Assembly (NCBI GenBank): GCA_021821305.1
Contig: JAKACP010000001.1
Location: forward strand, 260,934-324,933
Reading direction: 5' to 3'
From: a bacterium
GTDB lineage: Bacteria; Patescibacteriota; Minisyncoccia; Moranbacterales; UBA1568
Length of the DNA: 64,000 nucleotides
Shown: positions 1 to 8,135 of the stretch, piece by piece
Numbering within the stretch: position 1 is the stretch's first letter
How the letters are laid out: the number at the start of each line of letters is the position of its first letter
Notes under the pieces: model-generated
The model's database searches: none
What the model saw: the letters and a program-made list of their open reading frames with translations, nothing else
What the model was told of the DNA's origin: nothing
Program-made: the position numbers and the translations under genes

Positions 1-57
1 AAAAAACGATAGAATGGACAGTACGTTCTTTTGACACCGCAGGGCTGGAGGGTCTTA

Positions 58-241
58 GCAACTGTTCAAACTCTCACCGCACAAGTTAAGAGAAGAGATT
101 CCGCTTGTCGGATGAAATCCGAAAATTTCGGCTGCAAACCCTTCACGTCTCGTCGGGGTACGACAGTAACCCTTCTCGACGTTCACGGTTTTCGCTCGAA
201 ATTTTCGGATTTCATCTCGACATGAGAATTTGAACAGTTAC
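58..241 (+). repeat. MITE-like element copy 1 (~184 bp) with ~20-bp terminal inverted repeats (TAGYAACTGTYYAAA...) and internal long hairpin
   Basis: Near-identical in reverse complement to 46199-46381. Ends are inverted repeats: left 58-80 gcaactgttcaaactctcaccgc, right 224-241 gagaatttgaacagttac. An internal arm (tgtcggatgaaatccgaaaatttcgg) pairs with ccgaaattttcggatttcatc. Confidence 0.7.
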
Positions 242-261
242 TTAATGATTAACTGCCAATT

Positions 262-1038
262 ATGCAGGAAATCGGTTTGGTCGGAGGGGATGAAGAAGCG
301 AATAAACGTCGAAAAAAATCAATCCGAGTGTATCCGAAGCGACGCGTGAGACGCGCCCTTTTTCTTTCGGGTATGTTGTTCTCGCTGGGAGCGTCGGTAT
401 TCGCTCTCGCTCCGGAAATCGGCACGGAGGAGCGCATGGATGCGCCTTCCGAGCGCATTTCCGATATCAGGAAGGAACTGTGCATCATCCGTCTTGAGCG
501 GGGATTCTGGGAGTCATTCGCGGAGCGGGATACGGAGAGCCGGCAGTCCGATGGGATGGCCGAGTGCGTGGACCTGGTCTACGGAGAGGAGTCGCTCGTT
601 TCGACGAGCGTGACCGATCTTGAGAACGAGATACGACTGCTCGTAGCCGGTACGCCGATGGAGGCGATGGCCCCCCATATCGCGCGCTTCGACCGCGAAA
701 TAGCCGCGCTCCTGGTCGGTATCGCCAAAAAGGAATCGAGCTGGGGTCAGAGGGTTCCTCTCGATGCCGCCGGGGAGGATTGCTTCAATTATTGGGGATA
801 CAAGGGGGCGGGAGCCCGCGGTGTCGCCATGGGGCATGGCTGTTTCGGGTCTCCGGAGGAAGCGGTCCGGATGGTGGGCAACCGACTCGTCGAACTCGTC
901 GCACTGCGACAGACGAGCGAACCGGAGAACATGATCATCTGGAAATGCGGTTCCTCGTGTGCCGGGCACAGCCCGGAAAGCGTCCGGAAATGGATCGCCG
1001 ATGTCGATCTGTATTACCAGAAAATCGTGAAGCTCTAG
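262..1038 (+). CDS. hypothetical membrane-anchored protein with conserved C-terminal domain (Cys/Trp-rich, ES motif)
   Basis: 258-aa ORF with an N-terminal hydrophobic segment. The ATG is 20 nt downstream of the repeat end. No recognised family. Confidence 0.5.
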   Translation: MQEIGLVGGDEEANKRRKKSIRVYPKRRVRRALFLSGMLFSLGASVFALAPEIGTEERMDAPSERISDIRKELCIIRLERGFWESFAERDTESRQSDGMAECVDLVYGEESLVSTSVTDLENEIRLLVAGTPMEAMAPHIARFDREIAALLVGIAKKESSWGQRVPLDAAGEDCFNYWGYKGAGARGVAMGHGCFGSPEEAVRMVGNRLVELVALRQTSEPENMIIWKCGSSCAGHSPESVRKWIADVDLYYQKIVKL

Positions 1039-1142
1039 CGGCAGACATGCGAGCGATCAGCCGTCCGATACGGGGCGATGGAGCACTTCGGCGATCCGCC
1101 GGGGTGCTTTTCCTTTCCCGTCGGTTGAGGTAGAATGACGGC

Positions 1143-2084
1143 ATGACATGGATATTCATCGCGCTCGGCGGATACTTCTTCAATGCTCTCGCGGCGCTGT
1201 TCGACAAACTGCTCCTTTCGGATAATCGTATAGGTTCTCCGGCGCTCTACGCGTTCTTCACCTCCCTCGTGAGCCTGTTCGCGATCGTTCTCCTCCCGTT
1301 CGGTTTCGTCTTCATGCTGCCCGATGCGGTCTTCCTTGGAGTCATTTCCGGCATTCTCTTCCTCCTCGGGCTCATCGCCTTTTATGCGGCGGTGAAACGA
1401 AGCGAGATATCGCGCGTCGCGCCGTTGGTCGGGGTTTCCGTCATCGGCTTCCTTTTCGTCGCGACCATCGTCCGAGGCGTCGCCGCCGGATACGAGTACG
1501 ATGCGGTCAGTATCATCGCGCTTCTCTTGCTCGCGGCGGGGAGTTTCTTTCTTGCGAAGCCCGGGAAAGGGGCGCATGATCCGAAGCTTGTCCGATTCGT
1601 GCTGCTCTCCGGCGCGCTTATGGCGGCCTCGCTCGTCGTGCTCAAGGAGTCCTATCTCCTCTCGAATTTCGCCACCGGATTCTTCTGGTCGCGGATGGGC
1701 ATGTTCCTCACGGGTATGAGTCTGCTCGCGTTTCCGGCGCTTCGCGGCCAGATCTTTTCCGGGAGCGACCGGCACGCGAAGCCGACGAAGCGCAACGCCG
1801 CGACGGCGACGCTCTTTTTCATGAACAAGGCGTTCGGAGGACTCGGCGCGTTCCTCATATCGTACGCGGTGTCGCTCGGGCCGGTGACGTTCGTGCAGGG
1901 GTTGAACGGAACACAGTTCGCGCTCGTCTTCCTGCTCGCGGTACCCCTCTCGATCCGGTATCCGGAAATTTTCCGGGAAGAGACCGATCGGAACACCATC
2001 ATCCAGAAGACGGCGGCGATCATCCTTATCGCCCTCGGCATCGCCCTCATCGCGACCAATGGACAGCTCTCCGGATTTCTCTAG
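1143..2084 (+). CDS. polytopic membrane protein, DMT/EamA-like transporter (about 10 TM)
   Basis: 313 aa and hydrophobic throughout, with a two-repeat architecture typical of drug/metabolite transporters. Confidence 0.5.
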   Translation: MTWIFIALGGYFFNALAALFDKLLLSDNRIGSPALYAFFTSLVSLFAIVLLPFGFVFMLPDAVFLGVISGILFLLGLIAFYAAVKRSEISRVAPLVGVSVIGFLFVATIVRGVAAGYEYDAVSIIALLLLAAGSFFLAKPGKGAHDPKLVRFVLLSGALMAASLVVLKESYLLSNFATGFFWSRMGMFLTGMSLLAFPALRGQIFSGSDRHAKPTKRNAATATLFFMNKAFGGLGAFLISYAVSLGPVTFVQGLNGTQFALVFLLAVPLSIRYPEIFREETDRNTIIQKTAAIILIALGIALIATNGQLSGFL

Positions 2085-2138
2085 GGATTCCGAGTGAACC
2101 CCCGGAGCGTCGAAAACAAACATTAATATGCAACCGTT

Positions 2139-3197
2139 ATGTGGAGAATTTGGCCGATAGTGAAAATTTTCGGGATGTTCCTTCTCGCGGTCGTGTTCCT
2201 CGTCGCCCTCCTGTTCGCGTATTTCAATCTGCCCGGGCCGGAGCCTCGGGAAGACGTGGAGTTGGGAGTGACCTTTTCGTATCGGTATGCCGAAAATCTC
2301 GGCTTGGACTGGAAAGAGACGTATACGGCAATCCTCGATGATATCGGCGTGCGGAAACTCCGGATCCCGGTGTATTGGGATGGCGTGGAGACGGAAAAAG
2401 GAGCGTATGATTTCTCGGCGATCGACTGGCAGTTGGAAGAAGCGAAAAAGCGCGATGCCGAGGTGATCCTATCCATCGGGCAGCGCGTACCGCGTTGGCC
2501 GGAGTGCCATATACCCGCATGGGTCGAGGACAATGGGGATGAGACCTATCGGGAAACCAGACTCCTTTCGTTCATGGAGAAAACCGTCGAGCGGTATCGG
2601 GATAATTCCGAAATAACGACCTGGCAGGTCGAGAATGAGCCGTTCCTGGTCTTTTTCGGTGAATGTCCGCAGTTTCGTCGGGGATTTCTCGATGAGGAAA
2701 TAGCGTTCGTCAGGAAGCTCGACCCTTCGCGTCCGATACTCCTTACCGACAGCGGGGAACTCTCGACGTGGTATCCGGCGGCGAAGCGCGGGGATATGTT
2801 CGGGACCACGATGTATCGGAAGATCCACAAGCCCGGGATAGGATACTATACGTACCCGATCGGTCCGAATTTCTTCCGGTTCAAGGAAAAGATAGTACGA
2901 CTCCTCACGAATCAGGAACGTTTCATCGTCATCGAACTGCAGGCCGAGCCGTGGGCGAACGGATGGGTGGGAGACGCGTCGCTTCAGGAACAGTTCCGGA
3001 CCATGGACGAGCATCAGCTCCGCGATATCGTGACCTATGCCAAACGGGTCCGTTTCCCGGAGGTATATCTCTGGGGAGCCGAATGGTGGTACTGGCTCAA
3101 GGAGAAAAAGGACTACCCGGCGGTGTGGGAGACGGCCAGGGAGATTTTCCGGGGTTCCCGCGGATCGGCCACGGCAGAAACAGCCGACAACAGATAA
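2139..3197 (+). CDS. membrane-anchored glycoside hydrolase, GH-A clan (GH5-like; NEP catalytic motif)
   Basis: 352 aa with an N-terminal TM segment. WQVENEP motif (conserved NEP acid/base Glu of clan GH-A TIM-barrel hydrolases). Confidence 0.65.
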   Translation: MWRIWPIVKIFGMFLLAVVFLVALLFAYFNLPGPEPREDVELGVTFSYRYAENLGLDWKETYTAILDDIGVRKLRIPVYWDGVETEKGAYDFSAIDWQLEEAKKRDAEVILSIGQRVPRWPECHIPAWVEDNGDETYRETRLLSFMEKTVERYRDNSEITTWQVENEPFLVFFGECPQFRRGFLDEEIAFVRKLDPSRPILLTDSGELSTWYPAAKRGDMFGTTMYRKIHKPGIGYYTYPIGPNFFRFKEKIVRLLTNQERFIVIELQAEPWANGWVGDASLQEQFRTMDEHQLRDIVTYAKRVRFPEVYLWGAEWWYWLKEKKDYPAVWETAREIFRGSRGSATAETADNR

Positions 3198-3239
3198 GCC
3201 CTTGGAGGGGATCGAAAAGATCCCATAACATGAACGGGT

Positions 3240-3977
3240 ATGAAGAAAAAACAGAAACTGGCCATCTTCGACATCGACGGGACGATATTCCGCAAGAATC
3301 TCCATTTCGAGCTCATCAACGAGCTGTCATGGATCGGCGCGTTTCCGATGTCGGTCCGGCGGAAATTGACGGAGGTCTATTCGGGATGGCTCGCGCATGA
3401 AGGGACGTACGAGGATTATCGCAAGGCGATCGTCTCGCTCTACGCGGAACATATCAAGGGATGTACCGAGGAATCCGTCCGGAAAGCGAGTCAGATCGTC
3501 GTGCCGTTCCATGCGAAGCGGACGTACATTTTCGCCGAGGAGATGATCACGAAGTTCCGCAAGGAAGGCTATCACATCCTCGCCGTTTCCGGTTCTCCGC
3601 TCGAGATCGTCGAGGAGTACAACGAGAAGTATCTCAAATTCGATTCCGTATACGGGAGCGTCTACGAGCAGGACGAGGCCGGGCTCTACACCGGCGTCGC
3701 TTCGTTCGAGCCCTCGAGAAACAAGGGGGACATCGTGAAACAGTACGCGTACGAGCACAAGCTCGACCTCACGGATTCCTACGGTATCGGCGACACCGAG
3801 TCCGACATCAGCTTTCTCAAGCTCGTGGACCATCCGATCGCGTTCAATCCGAACCGGAACCTCCTCGACGCGGCGAAAAAGGAAGGCTGGCGCATCATGG
3901 TGGAAAAAAAGGACGTGGTGTATGATATGACGCAGTGCATCGAGGCGAAGAAGGACATAGAATTCCGATCGATATAG
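3240..3977 (+). CDS. HAD-superfamily hydrolase (HAD-IB/phosphoserine-phosphatase-like)
   Basis: N-terminal FDIDGT (DxDGT motif I) and C-terminal GDTESD (motif IV). Confidence 0.8.
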   Translation: MKKKQKLAIFDIDGTIFRKNLHFELINELSWIGAFPMSVRRKLTEVYSGWLAHEGTYEDYRKAIVSLYAEHIKGCTEESVRKASQIVVPFHAKRTYIFAEEMITKFRKEGYHILAVSGSPLEIVEEYNEKYLKFDSVYGSVYEQDEAGLYTGVASFEPSRNKGDIVKQYAYEHKLDLTDSYGIGDTESDISFLKLVDHPIAFNPNRNLLDAAKKEGWRIMVEKKDVVYDMTQCIEAKKDIEFRSI

Positions 3978-4095
3978 ATACGTATGAACCAGATGATAGA
4001 CAATTTCCTCCGTTCGACCCTGTGGATATGGCTTCCGTTCTATGCGTTCCTTTCGCTCCTGCGCGAGGCGACGGGCAAACCGAAAAAGTGAACAT

Positions 4096-4509
4096 ATGCT
4101 GAAACGATATCTTCCCGTGATCCGGGAAAAACGGATGGCGGCGTTCCTCCTCGTCCTCTGGATGGGGGTCATTTTTTCGTTCTCGTCGTTTCCGGGTTCG
4201 CCGGTCAAATATGAGATGCCGTTCACCCTGTATCTCGAGCGCAAGGGCGCGCACGTGTTCGAATTCTTCCTGCTCGCGCTTCTCGCTTGGAACGCGCTTC
4301 ATGCGTTTTTCCCGAAAGAAAAGAGGAGCTTCCTGCTCAGTATCGTGGCGATGTCCGTGCTTTTCTACGCGTTCCTCGACGAGACCCACCAGATGTTCGT
4401 CCCAGGCAGGGAGGGAAAGCTCACCGACATATTGTACGACAGCAGCGGCATCCTGATCGCGATCACGGCGATTCTGTTCCTGACGAGGAAAAGGAAAATG
4501 GATCGGTAA
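4096..4509 (+). CDS. VanZ-like family membrane protein
   Basis: About 138 aa from the ATG at 4096, with four TM segments and a DETHQ motif typical of VanZ-like proteins. The upstream start at 4042 is less likely. Confidence 0.55.
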   Translation: MLKRYLPVIREKRMAAFLLVLWMGVIFSFSSFPGSPVKYEMPFTLYLERKGAHVFEFFLLALLAWNALHAFFPKEKRSFLLSIVAMSVLFYAFLDETHQMFVPGREGKLTDILYDSSGILIAITAILFLTRKRKMDR

Positions 4510-4518
4510 ACGATATGA

Positions 4519-4553
4519 CAAAAAACCCCGCTCTCATGGAGCGGGGAGTTTTT
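4519..4553. terminator. bidirectional intrinsic terminator between convergent vanZ-like and rplT
   Basis: aaaaaaccccgctctcatggagcggggagtttttt: a GC-rich hairpin flanked by an A-tract and a T-tract. Confidence 0.7.
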
Positions 4554-4578
4554 TGATCTTTTATCCTGCATCTTCCGT

Positions 4579-4929
4579 CTACATTGTCTTCACCTTCTCG
4601 ATGAACGCCTTGAACGATTCCGGCTGCTTCATCGCGAGTTCGGAGAGCACCTTGCGGTCGAGCTCGATGTTCTTCGCCTTCTCGAGGGCGATGAATTCGC
4701 GGTATTTCACGCCATAGAGGCGGAGCGCGTTATTGAGCCGGGTGATCCAGAGTCTCCGGAACGTCCGCTTCTTGTTGTGGCGGTCGCGGTAGGCGTACGT
4801 GCCGGCCTTCATGACGGCCTCCTTCGCCTTGGTAAACAGCTTGCTCCGTCCCCATCGGTAGCCTTTCGCGGCTTTGAGGACGTTCTTGTGGCGCTTCTTG
4901 GTCATCACGCCGCGCTTCACTCGAGTCAT
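4579..4929 (-). CDS. rplT: 50S ribosomal protein L20
   Basis: 116 aa, highly basic, with conserved L20 sequence (MTRVKRGV...RLWITRLNNA). Confidence 0.95.
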   Translation of the reverse strand: MTRVKRGVMTKKRHKNVLKAAKGYRWGRSKLFTKAKEAVMKAGTYAYRDRHNKKRTFRRLWITRLNNALRLYGVKYREFIALEKAKNIELDRKVLSELAMKQPESFKAFIEKVKTM

Positions 4930-5002
4930 ACTACGGTTCGATTAATCAATTAAGGGGATGATCGCTCGCGGATGTGTTCCGTCCGGGTGATCTGCTGGTC
5001 GC

Positions 5003-5200
5003 CTATGCGTAGGGGAGGGCTTTTTTGATGTTGTTCTCATCCTGCCGGACGGCGATACCGTGGTCGCTGCGCTTCTGCCGGGTGTCGTTGCCGGTGTCAC
5101 GGGAATTGTAGTGGTTGTGTCCCGTCGAGCGGCGCATGAGCTTTCCGCTGCCGGTGACCTTGATTTTCTTGCTGACGGACTTCTTGGTCTTCTGCTTCAT
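5003..5200 (-). CDS. rpmI: 50S ribosomal protein L35
   Basis: 65-aa basic protein (MKQKTKKS..KVTGSGK), in the canonical position between infC and rplT. Confidence 0.9.
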   Translation of the reverse strand: MKQKTKKSVSKKIKVTGSGKLMRRSTGHNHYNSRDTGNDTRQKRSDHGIAVRQDENNIKKALPYA

Positions 5201-5216
5201 GATATTGAGTGATGGA

Positions 5217-5780
5217 TTATTCCGGGACGATCATTATGCTGAAACCACGCTGGAATCTCTTCATTTCCTCCTCGACCTTGTAGGGTACGGAGAGGGTCCC
5301 GAGAAAGGCGTTGATCGCATCCTTGGCCCGATCGGGCATCGCCTTTTCGCGTCCGCGGAGAAGTATCTCTATCTTCACCTTGTGACCCTTCTTGAGGAAT
5401 TTCTCCGCCTGATCCTTCTTGAAGAGGAGATCGTGGCTGTCGGTCCGGAGTCCGAGGCGGATGCCTTTGATGTCGACCTTCTTCTGATTGCTTTTCGAGG
5501 CCTGTTCCTTCTTCGTCTGCTGATACTGGAACTTTCCGTATTCGAGAATCTTGCAGACCGGCGGGGTCGCCTGCGGCGAGACTTCGATCAGATCGAGATC
5601 GTCCTCGCGCGCCTTGGCGAGCGCGTCCGCCGTCGGCATCTCCCCGAGCGGCTCCCCATCAGCACCGATAAGGAACACGGTCGGCGAGAGGATCTGCTCG
5701 TTGGAGCGGAACCGTATGACGACCTGTGGCTTCGGTTTGGGTCGATTGTGGCGCCTTCGTCTCATTTGTTTCCGTGACAA
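5217..5780 (-). CDS. infC: translation initiation factor IF-3
   Basis: IF-3 N- and C-domain sequence; infC-rpmI-rplT operon order. The start may be the internal ATG at 5765 rather than the TTG at 5780. Confidence 0.9.
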   Translation of the reverse strand: MSRKQMRRRRHNRPKPKPQVVIRFRSNEQILSPTVFLIGADGEPLGEMPTADALAKAREDDLDLIEVSPQATPPVCKILEYGKFQYQQTKKEQASKSNQKKVDIKGIRLGLRTDSHDLLFKKDQAEKFLKKGHKVKIEILLRGREKAMPDRAKDAINAFLGTLSVPYKVEEEMKRFQRGFSIMIVPE

Positions 5781-5798
5781 TCAAAAAACTTCTTAACC

Positions 5799-6201
5799 GG
5801 TGGAGTTGATGGGAATCGCACCCATGTCCAGATCGCGATTTTCCAAAACCTTCTACAAGCGTAGATCGCTTTCAGATTCCGGAGAAAAGCAGGAAAGCGT
5901 TCGAAAACCTTTTCTCAGGCCGTGTTTCTGTGCCGGGCTCTGCGGAAGAAATCAGGAAAGATCCTGCAGAGTCCGCCCGATTATATGACACCGGAGATCC
6001 CGTACCGGGCATCAGGGTTCCGATGGCTCGCACCCTTAGGCGCGGGCAAGTGCGAAGGACGGAGAGAACGCCGAAGCGAACGTCGCCTTCACTCTTGATA
6101 CGATGTTGGCAGTTATCGTGGTCGAAGGATTTTTTACGATGATCCCTTCACCATCGGCTTGCAGGTTTTGAATGAGCGCGCTGTCGAATCTATACAACCC
6201 C
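5799..6201 (-). ncRNA. ssrA: tmRNA (ssrA), about 403 nt, with putative tag reading frame ending ...FALARA-stop
   Basis: On the minus strand the 5' end reads GGGGUUGUAUAGAUUCGACAGCG (tmRNA signature AUUCGAC). The 3' end reads GGACAUGGGUGCGAUUCCCAUCAACUCCACC (T-arm plus acceptor). Acceptor 5' GGGGUUG pairs with 3' CAACUCC including the G3-U70 alanine identity pair, and the discriminator is A. A CGUAAAAAA PK1-like element precedes resume codon GCC, with the frame ending at UAA. Lies immediately downstream of smpB. Confidence 0.7.
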
Positions 6202-6406
6202 CAGCCGCAACAACTTCTTCATTCCCGTTTGTTGCGCTTGGCGAATGTCTAAATCTTCTACTTTTGATGAAATCTTTTCTGTTGCGGAATTTCCAATTTC
6301 CAAATCACAATTTCCAAACAAATCCCAATATTCAATTTCCAAAAGAAACGCGTTCGTTAGTTGTGCTTTGTGGATTGTTTGGTTTCTGTGTTCTGGGCTT
6401 TGTGCT

Positions 6407-6850
6407 TTACGAACGCATTGCTCTTCCGATATCGCGGCCCGCTTCGCGCCGCTTGATCGTTTCGCGCTTGTCGTAGCTCTTTTTTCCCTTTCCTACGGCA
6501 AATTCGAGCTTTATGAGCTGCTTCCGAGTATACAATCGAATGGGTACCAGTGTCAAGCCGAGCACGCGGGATTTTCCTATCAATGAGCGGATTTCCGAAC
6601 GCTTGAGGAGGAGCTTGCGGGCGCGGGTGTCCTCGTGATGGGTGTCCTTGTGGGCATGGGCATAGGGAGGAATGAGGGAATTCGTGAGGTAGAGCTCGTT
6701 TCCTTTGACGGTGACGAACGCCCCCTTGAGGCTCACATGTCCGGTTTTCACCGATTTCACTTCGTTTCCCGTCAACGCCAAACCGGCCTCATAGCGATCC
6801 ATGAGTTCGTAGTCGAATGATGCCCGTTTGTTGATGGCGAGTACTTTCAT
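6407..6850 (-). CDS. smpB: SsrA-binding protein SmpB
   Basis: Conserved SmpB sequence (MKVLAINKRASFDYEL...GNEVKS..KLEFAVGKGKK) from the ATG at 6850. The longer N-terminal extension in the ORF track is unlikely. Confidence 0.9.
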   Translation of the reverse strand: MKVLAINKRASFDYELMDRYEAGLALTGNEVKSVKTGHVSLKGAFVTVKGNELYLTNSLIPPYAHAHKDTHHEDTRARKLLLKRSEIRSLIGKSRVLGLTLVPIRLYTRKQLIKLEFAVGKGKKSYDKRETIKRREAGRDIGRAMRS

Positions 6851-6891
6851 ATGTCTGGCATCAGTATGCGGTATCGGGTACGAAGTATCAA

Positions 6892-6921
6892 GTTTTTTTG
6901 TTTGACTGGAGGCCTCGCGGG
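6892..6921 (+). promoter_or_regulatory. sigma70-like promoter (TTGACT-N18-TAAAAT) for gene at 6972
   Basis: -35 TTGACT at 6892-6897 and -10 TAAAAT at 6916-6921. GAGGA sits 6 nt before the ATG. Confidence 0.5.
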
Positions 6922-6971
6922 AGGGTAAAATGAAGCCGTAACCAACCCTTTCGGTCAATAACGAGGAAACT

Positions 6972-8063
6972 ATGAAATTCGGAGAACAGCCGACATATTC
7001 ACGGCAGGCGTACGAGGACACCGAGAAAGGAATCCAGGATGTCAAAGACATCGCCCAAGGAAGTGACTCCGTCGAGGAGTTGCGTACGCTTGTCCAGGAA
7101 AAGAAAGGACTCGAGGCCCAGAAAGCCGAGCTTCATGGCCAGGCATGGGACGAGGCGAATGAGATGAACAAGGAACATGATGCTCTGGCACAAGAGAGCG
7201 CGGCGCAGGCAGAAACCGACGCGGCGGAAGTCGCCCGAATCCGAGCGGAGATTTTGGGAGAGAGTGCTGCAAGCGAAGCTGCATCCGTGGAGGTGGATTC
7301 CGATCCAACGAGTCCGGAATCGACAAACTTTGTTACAGAAATGTCTTTGACAGAGCAAAAGATTCAGGAAGAACAGAACATCCCGGAAGAGGAACCGGAT
7401 TTCTCCGAATACGAACAGGGAGTGGTTTCGGATATCCGAAATATGATGAAGTTGGATGATTTTTCCGGCGTGTTCAAACGGATTTTCAAGGAGCGAAAGC
7501 GGGCGGATCAGTATCAGGAGGCTTCATCGGGGCAAGCAGGCTTCTTCAAGAAGCTCATGGCGCCGAAGGGAGGTGCTGTTTGTGATATGGAAAAACTCGG
7601 GAGTGAAACGGAGTCGCTTCTTGAAGAGAGGCTCAAGGCAATCGTTGCCAAGGATGACCTTGATACCTATAAGCGGTACGTGTCCGCGGCGAAGAGCAAC
7701 GAGGCCGTTTTCGACACGGATCTCCCGGGAGGGTTTTCTTTTGGTGTAACGGACTTCGAATCGGTCGGACCGAAAATACAGGAGTTCAATTTCGGGCGAG
7801 CGAAGCAGGAAATATCTTCTTTCGATCAAGATTCATCAAATGTTTCCCTAGAGAATTTCGTTTCGGGACGAGCGCGCTTGTTTGGGAACGGTGATTCTCA
7901 ATTTCGGGAAGCAATACTGAAGTCTTCGGAGTCGAGAAAGCAGTTTCTGAAGTTGGCCAAAATAGTGAGTTCGCCCGACAGCATAAGTGGGAATACGGCC
8001 AGTCATTTACAAAGACTTGTTTCTGATGGGTATCTTACGCAAGCTGACATAGAGAGCCTCTAG
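6972..8063 (+). CDS. hypothetical acidic protein (ORFan; AT-richer than surroundings)
   Basis: 363-aa ORF, acidic (E/D/Q/S-rich) with no TM segment. Own promoter upstream and a terminator hairpin downstream at 8077-8102. GC is visibly lower than in neighbouring genes. Confidence 0.6.
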   Translation: MKFGEQPTYSRQAYEDTEKGIQDVKDIAQGSDSVEELRTLVQEKKGLEAQKAELHGQAWDEANEMNKEHDALAQESAAQAETDAAEVARIRAEILGESAASEAASVEVDSDPTSPESTNFVTEMSLTEQKIQEEQNIPEEEPDFSEYEQGVVSDIRNMMKLDDFSGVFKRIFKERKRADQYQEASSGQAGFFKKLMAPKGGAVCDMEKLGSETESLLEERLKAIVAKDDLDTYKRYVSAAKSNEAVFDTDLPGGFSFGVTDFESVGPKIQEFNFGRAKQEISSFDQDSSNVSLENFVSGRARLFGNGDSQFREAILKSSESRKQFLKLAKIVSSPDSISGNTASHLQRLVSDGYLTQADIESL

Positions 8064-8076
8064 GTGAATGGCGAGG

Positions 8077-8102
8077 AAAACGGAAGTACCTCTTCCGTTT
8101 TT
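8077..8102 (+). terminator. intrinsic terminator
   Basis: aaaacggaagtacctcttccgttttt: hairpin plus T-tract after the 6972-8063 gene. Confidence 0.7.
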
Positions 8103-8135
8103 GCCTTTCTCGTGAGATTCGGTTAGGATGGGGCT

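Noticed and set aside
1035-2123. Long antisense ORFs throughout (for example 1035-2123 -, 15890-17818 -, 21997-24225 -, 38039-39928 -, 49959-52637 -, 11607-13124 -)
   Set aside because: They overlap well-supported genes on the opposite strand, have Arg/Glu/Asp-rich low-complexity translations typical of GC-rich shadow frames, and show no family resemblance.
4915-4950. ggttcgatt T-loop-like sequence suggesting a tRNA
   Set aside because: No acceptor or anticodon stem could be built. It lies in the rpmI-rplT intergenic spacer.
5799-5830. Alternative reading of ggtggagttgatgggaatcg on the + strand as a tmRNA 5' end
   Set aside because: The matching acceptor/T-arm partner on the + strand was poor. 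The minus-strand model gives a canonical GGGGUUG / CAACUCC acceptor with G3-U70 and the AUUCGAC signature.
5800-6476. Short + strand ORFs (5800-5988, 5930-6142, 6159-6476, 6245-6586) in the smpB-infC gap
   Set aside because: The region is better explained by a minus-strand tmRNA and its upstream repeat/promoter region. The translations are low-complexity.
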